A DNA stretch of 64,000 bases from Eledone cirrhosa (lineage: Eukaryota), in NCBI GenBank assembly GCA_964016885.1, contig CAXHJY010000949.1, forward strand, positions 1 through 64,000, given 5' to 3'. A model generated the notes under the pieces. That model saw only the letters and a list, made by a program, of their open reading frames with translations, was not told the DNA's origin and did no database searches. Positions within the stretch are counted from its first letter, which is position 1, and each line of letters begins with the position of its first letter. Shown one piece after another: positions 42,400-56,626 of this stretch. Both the position numbers and the translations under genes were made by a program.

Positions 42400-42595
42400 A
42401 AGGAAGAGTGGTAAGGAACCAGATGGACCATAACGCACCAGAGTACTCAATACTTAGGGTAGTAGAGTGGGTAATAGGAAAATGATTGACCCCGACGGCA
42501 GAACTCAAGCCGTTTTGACGGCTATTTCTGGTCTACTAGTCCAGAAATAGCTGTCGAAACGGCTTGAGCTCTGCCGTCGGGGTCATACTTTTTCC

Positions 42596-42598
<3 letters not shown>
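42400..42598 (-). repeat. Hairpin-plus-tail dispersed repeat, copy 3
   Basis: ~60-bp-arm imperfect palindrome 42475-42598 plus the shared tail. Confidence 0.85.
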
Positions 42599-42643
<45 letters not shown>

Positions 42644-42949
42644 CAAATAAGTAGGCAGATATGCAGGTATGTATATTGGTAGAAAGGTAGGTGTATAGTA
42701 GGAAACTAAATAGGCAGATAGACTGGAGGGTGGGTAGAGAAATAGGTAGGTTGGTTCGTATGTACCTAAAAAGGTAGACAGGTTGGTGGGTGGGTATATA
42801 GAAACAAAGGTTATAAACAGAAAAAAAACAGAAAATGGTTGTGGAACAATGAGAGAGAGGGGTGGGGGGTAGAGAAATAAGATGGAAGGGGGAGTAAGAT
42901 AGAAAGTAGGGAAGGGAAAGAGTGAGTGTTGCGAAGGTGTGAAGAAGGG

Positions 42950-43116
42950 AAAGGAATGGGTAGTGGTGACGTGGGGTAACAGAAAGGAATGGGTAGTGGT
43001 GACGTGGGGTAACAGAAAGGAATGGGTAGTGGTGATGTGGGGTAACAGAAAGGAATGGGTAGTGGTGACGTGGGGTAACAGAAAGGAATGGGTAGTGGTG
43101 ACGTGGGGTAACAGAA
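42950..43116. repeat. 33-bp G-rich minisatellite x5
   Basis: AAAGGAATGGGTAGTGGTGACGTGGGGTAACAG. Confidence 0.95.
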
Positions 43117-43203
43117 AGTAATCTTTAAATGAGCATGTTATGGCTTTTGTCAAAGTGAAAGTACACACTCAAACACGTGTGTATATTTATATACACTCAC
43201 CTA

Positions 43204-43275
<72 letters not shown>

Positions 43276-43435
43276 TATATATATGTATAAATATGTATAC
43301 AGATACACATACACACATATATATATATATATATATATATCAATAGACAAACACTCTCAAATAAAGATGTACACACAAACACACATACATACATACACAT
43401 ATTCAGATATACATACAAACACACACCATATATAT

Positions 43436-43501
<66 letters not shown>

Positions 43502-43964
43502 TATAAAACATGTACTCATGAAATTTAAATAAAATGAAATAAAAATTATTTGAAGAGGGGGGGTGGGATTAAAAACAACTACACTACCAACACCAAAAAT
43601 AATAATTTAAATAAAATAACAACAACAACAACAATAATGATAATAATAACAATGATAATGATGAGGAAGTGATAGTAGGAGGTGAAGGATGGGTTGAAGT
43701 AGGAGGAAGTGTAAGAAGAAAATGGGAGGAAAGAGGATAAGGAAGAGGGGGTATAGGAGGAGCGAAAGTAATTACTTTATGTAATTAGTGAAAATTGAAA
43801 TTAACGTAAAACTAACCAACAACAACAACAACAACAACAACTGAAGTAGCAACAACAACAACAACAACAATGAAGAAAAACAAAAAGATTTTTAAAAATG
43901 AAAGGCAGACAAAAAGTAAAAAAACAGCAACAACAACAAGAATGAAACAACAGATACACAAATA

Positions 43965-44381
43965 TATATACACACATACACTCATAAGCACACACACACA
44001 CACACACACCCACGCATACAAACTTACACACTCACAAGCACACACACACACTCGCAAACACACGCACACACAAGTACAGTCACACACACACACGTACAAG
44101 CACACACATACACACACATCCAAGCACACACGCACACACACACATCCAAGCACACACACACATACACATCCAAACACACACACATATCCAAGTACACACA
44201 CACATACATATCCAAACACACACACATATCCAAGTACACACACACACACACATCCAAACACATACACACACACACATCCAATCACATACACACACACATC
44301 CAATCACACACACACATACACATCCAAACACACACACATACACATCCAAATCACACACACATATCCAAGTACACACACACA
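43965..44381. repeat. (CA)n-based compound repeat with ATCCAA interruptions
   Basis: Direct reading. Confidence 0.92.
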
Positions 44382-45039
44382 AACAGAACAGAAGAGAAAC
44401 AACAAACAAAAGAGTAAAAATGTCATTAGAATATTTACCAATTTTCTTGAAGAATTTTTCTCGCCATTTCTCCTTTGGCCTCTAAGGGAAAACACTGAAT
44501 GCATTTGAAGAAACAAAATATATCTATTCCATTGTAGAAAGAAAGAATGACAGATTTAATGGGAATGATAATGATGGTGATAGTGATGATCGTGATAATG
44601 GTGATGGTGATAATGATGGTGATGGTGATAATGATGATAGTGATGATGGTGATAATGATGGTGATGGTAATGAAACAACAAAAATGGAACTGGAAATAAA
44701 TACAAAACAAATTGATGCATTTATATATATAGATATTTATGTGTTTGTGTGTATATATATAGATATTTATGTGTTTGTGTGTATATATATCTGTGTGTAT
44801 GTATAAATATGTGTATGTATATGTATGTGTGTGTGTTTATATATATATATGTGTGTGTATTTATATATATATGTATGTGTGTGTGTATATGTATGTATAT
44901 AAGGGGAAAAGATTATACTAAATATGGTCTAACCCAAGCTAGCATGGAAGATGGACGTTAAATGAAGATGATGATGGTGTAATTTAAGTACAGTTGTTTC
45001 CCAGGCTATCATTTTAGATTTAACTGGGACAGGATCCAT

Positions 45040-47202
45040 ATGCTAAGCCTATATTAACACCATTTTGAGCTATTATAATATTTGCTGAGGATCTGGAGCC
45101 TTTCTTAGCAAAATCTGAAACAGCCAGAGAAACAATTGTGCCTAAAAAACACCACAATTAGTGTAATGAATATCTGTTTGTCTGTCTTTCTGTCTAACTA
45201 ATGGACCAAGTAACAAAAATGACAGAAAGGGTTCTAGCACAACTTCTTGTTCTTGTCGTATGGCATATGTAGAATGGTTGGAGAGACAGATCGAGATTTG
45301 TGGGCCAGACTAAGGCATCATTTGTAGTATTATGGATTGTCTACAGGCCATCAGAAAAAGGTCTGAGGAGGCAATCCCGAACAAGATGCTGCACTGTTTA
45401 GTCAGGATCCCCACAGTCACATGCTGAGCTGTCTTTTATTTTCCTTCAATGGAGATGTTGGGCTGTCCTGGTATGTGTTGTGCAGATCTGATTAAGGGAC
45501 ACCCTTTGTTTTCTAGGGAGGTCAAAGCTGCCTGGCACAACTAATTAGGGAAGTCAAATTAGATGAGAAGCAGTTCAATTTTGTGCCATCATCACAGATG
45601 ATCACTTTTTAGTGAGACAACTACAAGGGAAGCTCCTAGCAAGAATATTTAGCTTTTGTTGTTCTACAAAAGGCCTTTGACAAAGTACCCAAATTTGCCA
45701 TATTGTGATCCTTAAGAATACTAGATGTAGAAGAGAAGCTGGTGAGAGCAAGGCAAGTCATGTACAGGGGAGCTGCAAAAAAATTGGGTGTAGGAATTGA
45801 GTTTAGGTACAGGCAAGAGTACATCAGTGTTTAGTCTTCAGCCCACATCTGTTTATTATAGTCCTCCAGGCAATAACAGAGGAGTTTAAGAGTGGCTCGC
45901 CATGGGAACTTCTGTGTGTTGATTTGTTTCTCATAGTTGAAACTGTTGAAGAACAAGAGAATAGATTCTGACTGGAAACAGAATTTAGAATCAAAAGGGT
46001 TGAGAGGAAACTTAACAAAAACCAAAATGTTACTAAATAGGAAAGGAGACAGTGCCCTTATCTCATCAGAGAAGTGGTCTTGCTCGATATGTAGAAGAGG
46101 AGTTGAAATAAATGCTATACACTGGTTAAACAAGAGGTGTTGCAGGATTGCAAGCAGACTAACAGGAAGGTGTACCAGATGTTCAGATGTACCAGATGTT
46201 CAGGTGTACCAGATGTTCAGATGTACCAGATGTTCAGGGACAATTCATAGTATAAGTGCCAGTGATATAAACATTTCCCAATCTCAGCTAGGATATATAG
46301 AATTGGTGATAGCTTCTGTTACCTTGGTGATGTGATTAGATGTGGAAGAAGGGTCCTTTTCAGCATAGTGATTCTCCACTCATCATGTTCTTTTGTCATC
46401 TCTTCTGTTAGCATCAGTGATTTAAGATAAGCTCTAATCACCTCTACGCAGATCTTTCTTGGTCTTACACTGTTCCAGCTTCCCTCTACTCTGCTTTCTT
46501 GGTATATCTTCATGGAGCAGTCATCGTCCATGTATATCACATGTCCATAACAGTGCAGAATTCTTTCTTGTACACTACATCTGATTCCTCCTATACCTAG
46601 TTTCTCTCTGTGTATCCCTGCTTTGTCATTCATGCACATTAATATTGCACATCCATCAATGCCTACTTCCTTCATTTCTCTCCAGTTGTCCTCTGAATTC
46701 TTTTCTTTATGTATATAAATAATTTTAAAGAATTCTAAACAATGACACCTTTATTATATTTTTATCATTCAAAAGTAGAAGAATAATCAATATGCCACAT
46801 CTTCAAATGTTTGAAGCCATTGATTCTGTGGGGCTGTTAAATTGTTCGATCCTCATCCTAAAAGATGTTTGTCCTTTGTTCTACCTGATTATATATCATC
46901 TTATGTCTGTAGCAACACAGTCTTCTCTCCTGCACATCAAGGGTTGTTTGCAAGGGAGAAGACTGTGTTTGTACGAACATGTGATTTACATGGATGATGA
47001 TCGATGGGTGAAGAAGTGCCAGTAAATGTCAGTGGGCTGCATAAGAGGTTGGCAGAGAAAGACCTAGACAAAGGTGGTGAGAGCTGATTTCAAATTGCTA
47101 AGATTCCCAGAAGAGATGACAAAGAAACATGGCAAATGGAGAGATGCTGTGCTGAGAAAAACCCATCCAACCATAGAAAAACGGCCGCGATAATGATGAT
47201 GA
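45040..47202. mobile_element. Old diverged RTE(PHD) fragments: + ~45040-46345, - ~46345-46690, + ~46940-47202
   Basis: Decayed [51 protein letters not shown] and RPRK motifs. Confidence 0.8.
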
Positions 47203-47346
47203 TTTATCTGTTGGTTCCAACTACCTGAGATTAAAGTTAGATCAAGGTTTCACTTTTTAATTATAATTTATGCACTCCAATATATGCAGGATACAGATCC
47301 CTGGCCTACCTTGGAGATCAGTAGCCCCACATCAGTACTGACTTAC

Positions 47347-47401
47347 CTTTTTGTATCATCATCCATTTTCACATGGAAAAATGTTCCACTCACCCACCCA
47401 C
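47347..47401 (-). CDS. Candidate 55-nt internal coding exon of an unidentified gene
   Basis: Acceptor TTTACTCTTCAG|G, donor AAG|GTAAGT; only one open frame (GWVSGTFFHVKMDDDTK). Confidence 0.3.
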
Positions 47402-48485
47402 CTGAAGAGTAAATATTCAAAAACATACCTAAAAATGTTTGGTAAAAGTTTGTTACAGGTTTGGTATGCCCATTTAGTCTCTTATTTTTGTATACAGGAT
47501 CTTTGTATATTTCCTTTGAATATATTTTTTTTCAAATAGCATATGTTGAAATAATTTCTTAATTCTTAAAATTTATATCATCATCGTTTAGTGTCCATCT
47601 TCCACGCTAACACGGGTTAGACGGTTTTGTTCCATTTGATGTGGGAATAATTGGGAGACCGTGTCTCGCTCATATGGAAGTGTCCCTGGCAGGTTTTTTA
47701 CAGCTGTCTCCTACATGGCCACCTTACAGTGTGGACTGTTGTGTCATCAACACAGTGAATTTCCAATTGCCCACCATTTTCTGTTCAGTTGCTCATTGTC
47801 CACCCAACAGTTGAAATTGCCTACTGGCTGGGAAACCTTAGTCTAAGCACACCTGCCCAACCCTTGCTAGCAGACAAAGTAGACATTAAAACAATGATGA
47901 TTATACACTCCATTTTATCTGCCATGTCTATGAACGATATGAACACAACATACGTCATATTTATCAGCTTCCCTAAAATTGAAGATTTTTCACTTAATCT
48001 AAAGTAACTAATGTTGATTGTCTGATGTCGGTGTGTGAATGGTAAGGTTTTAAGTGCTGACTAGGTAGAAACATAGATATCTTGACATATTGAAAGAGAG
48101 TGTATAGACATACATACACAATACACACACACATATATATATATATACACAGTTAGGTGTAGACATGTCTTTATGTGTGTGTGTATTGGAAGACAAATGA
48201 GAAGAAAGATATATATATCTATCTCTATATCTATCTCCCTTATTATGTATGTACACACACACACATACACATAATGTGTGTGTATATACATACATAATTT
48301 TAGTTTTGTCTCCCTTGTTATCTGCCAAGATCACTAAATCTGAAAATGATACACATGCACACATACATTATATATATATATATATGCGTATGTGTATATA
48401 TATATACATGCATTATATATGTATATATACACACATTTATATATATATATATATATACACTCACACACACACATATATATATATA

Positions 48486-48531
<46 letters not shown>

Positions 48532-48570
48532 CGCACATATATATATATACACACACACACACATATATAT

Positions 48571-48601
<31 letters not shown>

Positions 48602-48611
48602 CACACACATA

Positions 48612-48656
<45 letters not shown>

Positions 48657-49637
48657 GCATACACATATATATATATATATATAAAAGCAGTGAGGAGTGT
48701 CTAGAGAGAAAAAGACATGCATAGAAGTATAACAACAACAACAACAACGAGAAGAATGAGAGATGTTATAATGGTTTGGACACTAGTGTGTTGGAATCAA
48801 AAGACAAGGTAGAACAACAGTAGGAAGTGGTTGAGGATTAAGTGTAAAACGTAACACCAAATCCACTTTAAAAGATAAACGATCATGTGATGCAGAGTGA
48901 TCACGTGACTGAATACAAGTTTAAAGCCTCATGACACTGTCATTTAAATCTTGGAAGCATTTTAGACTGGCAGTTTTAAATGACCACTGGCTTAAAGACC
49001 ATCTCAGAGGGCGAGAGTGGTGGGGGAGTGAGCTGTGGAGAAGGTCGGAGACAAAAGAGGAGATGAGAGAGAGAAAGGAAGATAAATAGGGCAGATGAAA
49101 TGGTAAATGGATATTTGAATGACAGGATAAGAGAGTGATTGAAGTAATGGCTATTTCCGACAACGCCAAGTCATAAAAGACCTTTAGACCTTCTCTAAGA
49201 ATAATGTACAAGTTGCCAAGCTTTGAGAAAATTGTCCTTCTACTTTAAATGATAGATAGAATGAAAGATAGATGGATAGATAGATAGATAGACAGCCAGG
49301 CAGATAGATAGATAGATGAATAGATAGATGGGTAGATAGATAGACAGGCAGATAGATAGATATATAGATGAATAGATATGTAAATAATTAGGTATGTACT
49401 TAGATGCATGGATATATAGAATGGTGGGTAAATAGACGTTAAACGATGATGATGATGTCGGTAACTAGATAGATTGATTGATAGATAGACAAATAAATAG
49501 ATAGGTAGGATAAATGGGTAAATAGATAGATAGATGGGTAAACAGACAGATTGGTATGTAGGTAGATTAGTAGATAGATAAATGGACATAGACAGATAAG
49601 TTGTTAGGCAGACATACGCAAACACACACACACATAT

Positions 49638-49861
49638 ATATTCATAAAATTTGAGTATTCTCCGCGTGAAAGGTAGCCGTTACCAACTGTATACTATTTA
49701 CATAGTAACATTTTTTTGGTTAAGATATAACCACAAATCAGACGGAGAACGTTCCGTTCGATTTGTGGTTATAGCTTAACCAAAAGAATTATACTATGCA
49801 AATAGTATACAGTTGGTAACGGCTACCTTTCACGCGGAGAATACTCAAATTTGATGAATAT
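49638..49861. repeat. ~110-bp-arm foldback palindrome
   Basis: AAATTTGAGTATTCTCCGCGTGAAAGGTAGCCGTTACCAACTGTATACTATTT and its exact reverse complement; imperfect inner arms. Confidence 0.93.
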
Positions 49862-50703
49862 TCATTTACACTCACGCTTCAAACCTTTCCTATTAATGTT
49901 TTGCCGAAGCTGAAGCATATAGACAATATGCCCAACCCCTCCCACTGCAAAGTGGTTGTGGAGGTGTCAGGACAAAACTCACCCAGCCCACACTGTAAAG
50001 TGGACGTATATGTGCCATGGAAAAAATCACCCAGCACTCACTGTAAATGAGATTGGTGTTAGGAAGGGCATCCAGCTGTAGAAATCATGCCAGAAGCAGT
50101 TCCCGTATGAGCAAGACAAGGTCAGCCGACTGGACACTGCCCACAACAGGACAACCTGTTAAACCCATGCTAGCGTGGAAGAACGGACATAAAACAGTGA
50201 TGATGATGATAAATACTTGGGACACTAAAAAAAAAAAATGTTTACTTTAGGTTCACTTGTTACTAAATTCAATCCCGCTGCACAGTACCTTTGGCAAGTA
50301 TCTTCTATAGTTTTTGTATCAATACATTTGAGCAGAATTTGGAAGACAGTAACTATTTAGGAGACCAGTATATATATATAATGTGCCCATTCAACACTGT
50401 AAACTGGTCGTATAGGTGTCACATCAAAAAGCACCCAGTCCACACTGTAAAGTGGTCGTAACAGTGTCCTTACAAAAAGAGCCCAGTTCACACTGTAAAG
50501 TGGTCATATAGGTGTCACAACAAAAAGGGCCCAGTCCACACTGTAAATGTGGTAGCTGTTAGGAAGGGCATCCAGCCGTAGAAACCAAGTGAGAAACAGT
50601 TCTGTTTGAGCAAGACATGGTCATCTGATCTGGTCTGTCTCACAACAGAACAAATCATCTAACTTTTGCTAGATGTTAAGTGATGATGATGATGATATAT
50701 ATA

Positions 50704-50895
50704 TGTGAAAAGATTCAGGTGCCAACGGCTGAGCTCCAGCCTTTCGACAGCTAGATCTGAATGGATCTAGTTGTTGAAACAGCCGGAGCTCAGCCGTTGG
50801 GGTCCTGAATCTTTTCATATTACCCACTCTACTACTCCAAGTATTGAATAATCTGGTGGGTTATGGTCTAACTGGTTTTTACCACACCCTATCTG
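50704..50895 (+). repeat. Hairpin-plus-tail dispersed repeat, copy 4
   Basis: ~55-bp-arm palindrome 50706-50817 followed by the shared tail. Confidence 0.85.
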
Positions 50896-50908
50896 ATATA
50901 TATATATC

Positions 50909-51194
50909 ACCACCCCTTTCAATGTAAAGCTATGTTGATACCACAACATCCAGTCCTAAATAAATGAGGTCGTGTAGGTGTCACGACAAAAAAACACACA
51001 GTCCACGCTGCAACGTGGCCGTGTAGATAACACGGTAAAACCCTTCTAGTCCACACTGTAAACATGGTTGGTGTTAGGAAGGGCATCCAGCCGTAGAAAA
51101 CCCGCCAGACTATCCTGAGCAAGACAACCAATCTTGCCTCAAGTGGGACAATTCCTGTCCAGACCCATGCTAGCGTGGAAAATGGACGTTAAAC

Positions 51195-51224
<30 letters not shown>
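50909..51224 (+). mobile_element. RTE 3' UTR-only insertion
   Basis: Colinear with 19955-20379; (GAT)n tail. Confidence 0.9.
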
Positions 51225-51225
<1 letters not shown>

Positions 51226-51238
51226 TATATATATATAA

Positions 51239-51356
51239 TTTCCGAAGAAGACGGTCTGATTGAACCTATATATGAGGTCTGATAGTAAACAGTTATATAA
51301 CTGCTAAAGATCAGACAATATGTCAATATGCTCAACCCTCCGAAACGATCATAAAA
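51239..51356 (+). ncRNA. Degenerate hammerhead motif, CCGAAGA core, large stem II insert
   Basis: TTT CCGAAGA ...~95 nt with internal hairpins... GAAAC GATC ATA AAA; one mismatch from the ACGATCGT palindrome. Confidence 0.4.
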
Positions 51357-51415
51357 CAATAATGATATGAATAGGTAAAGTAACTTGACTTTGTTGTTTT
51401 TATTTAGTACCTAAT

Positions 51416-52160
<745 letters not shown>

Positions 52161-52171
52161 ATATATATATA

Positions 52172-53317
52172 TCATAATCTATAAAGCTCAGTGTGTGGTC
52201 ATGCTCCTTTCTTATAGAAATCTACGATATAGAATTTCTTCAATTGAAATTTACAATTCAGTATTCGAAATAGCTTCGATTGCGTCTTGGCACAGATAAT
52301 TTTTTCAATTTCACCCACAATTACGCAAAAAATAGATAAAACTCAATATTTTACGATTTTTCTCTGTCATTTAAACTGCTAAACTCTTTCCACTACCATT
52401 CAAAATCTATATAACTTCATACTTCTGCTACTTTCTCTTTCCAAGCTTGATGGTGATACTGTCCGTTTTACTCTCTCATATCATCTGCTAACCTCTAACT
52501 ACAACCCACACATTTTGCTACTTTCTCTTTTATACAGATACATTTATTCAACAACAAGCGATAAATCTTTCTTAAAACCTCTTTTCCAAACGCATACAAA
52601 CACACACTCACTTCAACAACAACAACAACAATCTGCCTTTTATAGATAATGATAAACAATAATATCCTCTATGAGGTCACTAAACCTGCTAGAAACAGCA
52701 GCTAACTGTCCCCCATACACACACCTCCCTAATGTCTTAAATTTAGAAAACATAACTTCTATGAGGTCACTAAACCTGCTAGAAACAGCAGCTAACTCTC
52801 CCCCATATCATACCATTCCCTACTATCTTAAATTTAGAAAACACATATCCTCTATGAGGTTACTAAACCTGCTAGAAACAGCAGCTAACTCTCCCCCATA
52901 TCACACCACTCCCTACTGTCTTAAATTTAGAAAACACATATCCTCTATGAGGTCACTAAATCTGCTAGAAACAACAGCTAACTCTCCCTCATATCACAAC
53001 CCTCCCTACTGTCTTAAATTTATAAAACACACAGACAACCATGTAGAACAACTCCATCGCAGCTCTGTTGTTCGGCTGGCATCGTCTACGCGCGTGTTGC
53101 ACAAGTACTGTGAAACAATAAATTTCAACACTTTTTTGCACAGAGATAATATCCATAGGCGATACTACAATTGTCACTGCTGGCGCAGCTCCTGCTTCCA
53201 GGTCTGCAATTCATTCACCCAGTGCCTGGCAGACAAAAAAGTGCTGCCATAAAATGGGTGGTGCAACCTAACTTTGGTAACTTAATGACCCCGAGCAACG
53301 CCGGGCTTTAATGCTAA
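52172..53317 (+). mobile_element. Non-autonomous Helitron
   Basis: A|TC 5' end (TCATAATCTATAAAGCT), 3' hairpin CCCGAGCAACGCCGGG, CTAA|T end, no TSD; internal ~92-bp x4 tandem at 52665-53030. Confidence 0.75.
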
Positions 53318-53366
53318 TATATATATATAGTATTAAGGATACTATATACTATAGATCACTAAATAG

Positions 53367-53415
53367 TTGCTCCGAAGAATCCAAACCTCGGTTTGGAGGA
53401 AACAATTGTAAGCAA
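53367..53415 (+). ncRNA. Minimal hammerhead motif, CCGAAGA core (paralog of 853)
   Basis: TTGCT CCGAAGA A TCCAAACC TC GGTTTGGA G GAAAC AATT GTA AGCAA. Confidence 0.72.
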
Positions 53416-53449
53416 ATAAATGATTTAAACTGAACTTTGATTATTGTAA

Positions 53450-53508
<59 letters not shown>

Positions 53509-53718
53509 GAATCACCAGTTTGAAGAGCAGATTGATAATGGAGTTGTGTCGATTACTTCTGTGGGTGACCCTGAACCAATCCTCTGTGAAATGTACAATA
53601 GGTGATAAACAACTAAATATATGAAAATGAAATGTCATTTTTCTTAATATATACATACTGCCTGTGCATCGAGAGCTGGTTTTCATACCACCAGTAATTC
53701 ACTGAATCAGATACACTG

Positions 53719-53764
<46 letters not shown>

Positions 53765-53859
53765 CAGTCGACCGACTTTCGTCAAATCAGATGGAGGAAA
53801 CAATGTTTCCATTGGTCTTTCCGTCTTTCCATACTATCTATCGGTCGCAACTCCAGGTA

Positions 53860-53972
53860 GAAGGAGCAACGTGAAATAAAGTGTCTTGCTCAAGGTCATA
53901 ACGCATCGCCCGGTCCGGGAATCGAACTCACAACCTCATGATTTCGAAACCAGTTCTCTAAACACTGAGCCA
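53860..53972 (-). mobile_element. tRNA-SINE head plus CORE-like block
   Basis: Minus strand ATGGCTCAGTGTTTAG, GAGTTCGATTCCC, GACCTTGAGCAAGACACTT. Confidence 0.8.
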
Positions 53973-54361
53973 TGGTTTAGTGGTTAGAGCATTAGGCTTG
54001 CAATCGAAAGGTTGTGAGTTCAATTCCCAAACCGGGTGATGTGTTGTTTCCTTGAGCGAGACACTTTATTTCACATTGCTCCAGTTTACTCAGCTGTAGA
54101 AATGAGATGATAGGGACTGGGGTCCCTATCATTCCACTGCAAAGTGGTCGTGGAGGTGCCACAGCAAAAAAGCACCCAGCACTCACTGTAAATGAGGTTG
54201 GTGTTAGGAAGGGCATCCAGCTGTAGAAATCAAGCCAGAATCAGTTCCCGTATGAGCAAGTCAAGGTCAGCCGACCGAACTCTGCCCACAACAGGACAAC
54301 CCGTCTAACCCATGTTAGCGTGGAAGAACGGACGTAAAACGGTGGTGATGATGATGATGAT
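53971..54361 (+). mobile_element. tRNA-derived SINE with RTE-type tail
   Basis: A/B boxes, CCTTGAGCGAGACACTT, GGTGTTAGGAAGGGCATCCAGCTGTAGAAA, (GAT)n. Confidence 0.88.
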
Positions 54362-55085
54362 ATATATACATATATATAAAACATAACAACTTTTTAGCAT
54401 GCAGAGTGTTTCTCTTCTAAATGTTTATTCAGGTAGATAAGTCCAGCAATTCTATGAATACATGATAAGGCATTATTCTCTTGGCTGACATATATCATCA
54501 TCATTATCATTTAATGATTGTTTCCCTGCCAACGAAGGGTGGATGGGTTGTCACAGACCATGTCATTATTTAATCTGTAATGTTGATCTATGATGGGCCA
54601 GGGTTGGGGATACACCTCACACATATGTCCCACATCATACAGAGTGCACAGGGTGCATCTTATCATGGTGCCAGAACAAGAGATGTTATATCTTTGACAC
54701 ATCTGAAAAGTTCTCTCAACCCTTTACATAAAAATGTGCATATATGTATATGTGTGTGTGTGTGTGTGTGCATTTGTGTGTGTGGGTGTGTATGTATGTA
54801 TATGTGAATATATGTATGTATGCATATATGTTTATATGCATATATGTATGCATGCATACATGTATACATATATATGTATGCATGCCTTTATGTATACATA
54901 TATATATGTAGGCATATTTGTTTGTATGTATGTATGTGCATGTGTATATACATATATATATGTGCATGTATACATATATATATATATGTATGTATATTTG
55001 TATGTATGCATGCTTATATGTAAGTATGTATGATGATTGCATATGTGTATGGGCACACGTTGGAATGTACGAATTTATGTGAGGG

Positions 55086-55138
<53 letters not shown>

Positions 55139-55616
55139 GTATGGGTGGATGTAATGGGCTCTACTCCATCAAGGGGGTCAGTAGCACCCGATTAAATTCT
55201 CACTTGGTCTGTGACGACCCACGACCATAAAAGGATGATTTGTTGATGATAGATAGGTAAGCAGTTAGATATAAAGATAGATAGATAACTATGTATGCAC
55301 GTATATATATATATATAAAATTGTATAGATATATATTCTCATAACTATGTTTATAAGGAGGTATGTATATATATATATAAGTATATAAATAAAACATATA
55401 TTTACATATATAAATATATAAATGAAGTATTTCCGTCGGAAAGGTACAGTAAAAAAATATATATACATCTATATATACATCTATATGTATCTGTGTGTAC
55501 AGACACACACACAGACATATATGCATATATACATGTATATATAATATTATGTATATACATATATATATTTTTGCATATATTTATATATATATATGCATAT
55601 GAATATGTATATATGC

Positions 55617-55649
<33 letters not shown>

Positions 55650-55974
55650 AGGATACATACATGAAGATGTGTGTATGTATGCATGTCATACTCATGTACC
55701 CATGCATGTGTGTGTGTGCGTGTGTGAGTAAGTGTATATGTAAGTGCATGTGTGTGTGATTGTCTATATTCAGATGTGTTAGGCAGCTTTGTGGGTTGTT
55801 CTTGGTGCAAATCCATTTAAAGTAGATAACTTCAAAAGCAGTTTGTGTCAAATTCTTGAAGAAGTGACATACCTCTACATACGACATACATCAACACTAT
55901 TGTATGAATATACTCAATCATAGCTTGGCATGAACCCTTCAAGCACCTCTCACGGAAATGTCTGTTTGATGTTT

Positions 55975-56037
<63 letters not shown>

Positions 56038-56482
56038 TTATATATATATATATACATATATATATGTGTGTGTTCATATCATCATCATCGTTTAACATCC
56101 CTTTTTCAATGTATTCATATGCACACACACACATACACACACATACATATATATATGTGCATATATATATATATATATGTATGTATGTATATGAGTGTTT
56201 ATATCTGAATATATGTTTGTGTATATATGTATGTGCATGTAAATATCTATGTGTGTTTATATATGTATGTGTGTGTGTGTGTGAATATATCATAATCATA
56301 TGTATATTACTATGATGCCCCTGGTATCTAACCACACCCTCTTTATATATATATATATATATATATATACGTGTGTTTAATGGTAGCTATGGTGCTTCCA
56401 TAGGTGGTATGCCAGTTGAGCACTCAATGTTCTTACAGAGCAGAGTGTAAATAGTGAGAAAATTTGCTCCGAAAGCATTGCA

Positions 56483-56572
56483 TGTGTCCGAGGAACCTGC
56501 AGCCGTAGAATCAGGCAGATCCACACAATGATCATGTATCACGATATCTGCCGGCGAAACAATTGTAACACG
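56483..56572 (+). ncRNA. Hammerhead motif, CCGAGGA core, branched or enlarged stem II
   Basis: TGTGT CCGAGGA ACC..GGCAGAT..ATCTGCC GGC GAAAC AATT GTA ACACG, followed by AATAAA. Confidence 0.65.
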
Positions 56573-56626
56573 CAATAAACTGAGTCTAGATGCATCACTG
56601 ATTTTTCGTTTGTTTATATTATATAT

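Noticed and set aside
52671-53252. 193-aa repetitive ORF
   Set aside because: Spans the ~92-bp tandem inside the non-autonomous Helitron; no Rep or helicase motifs.
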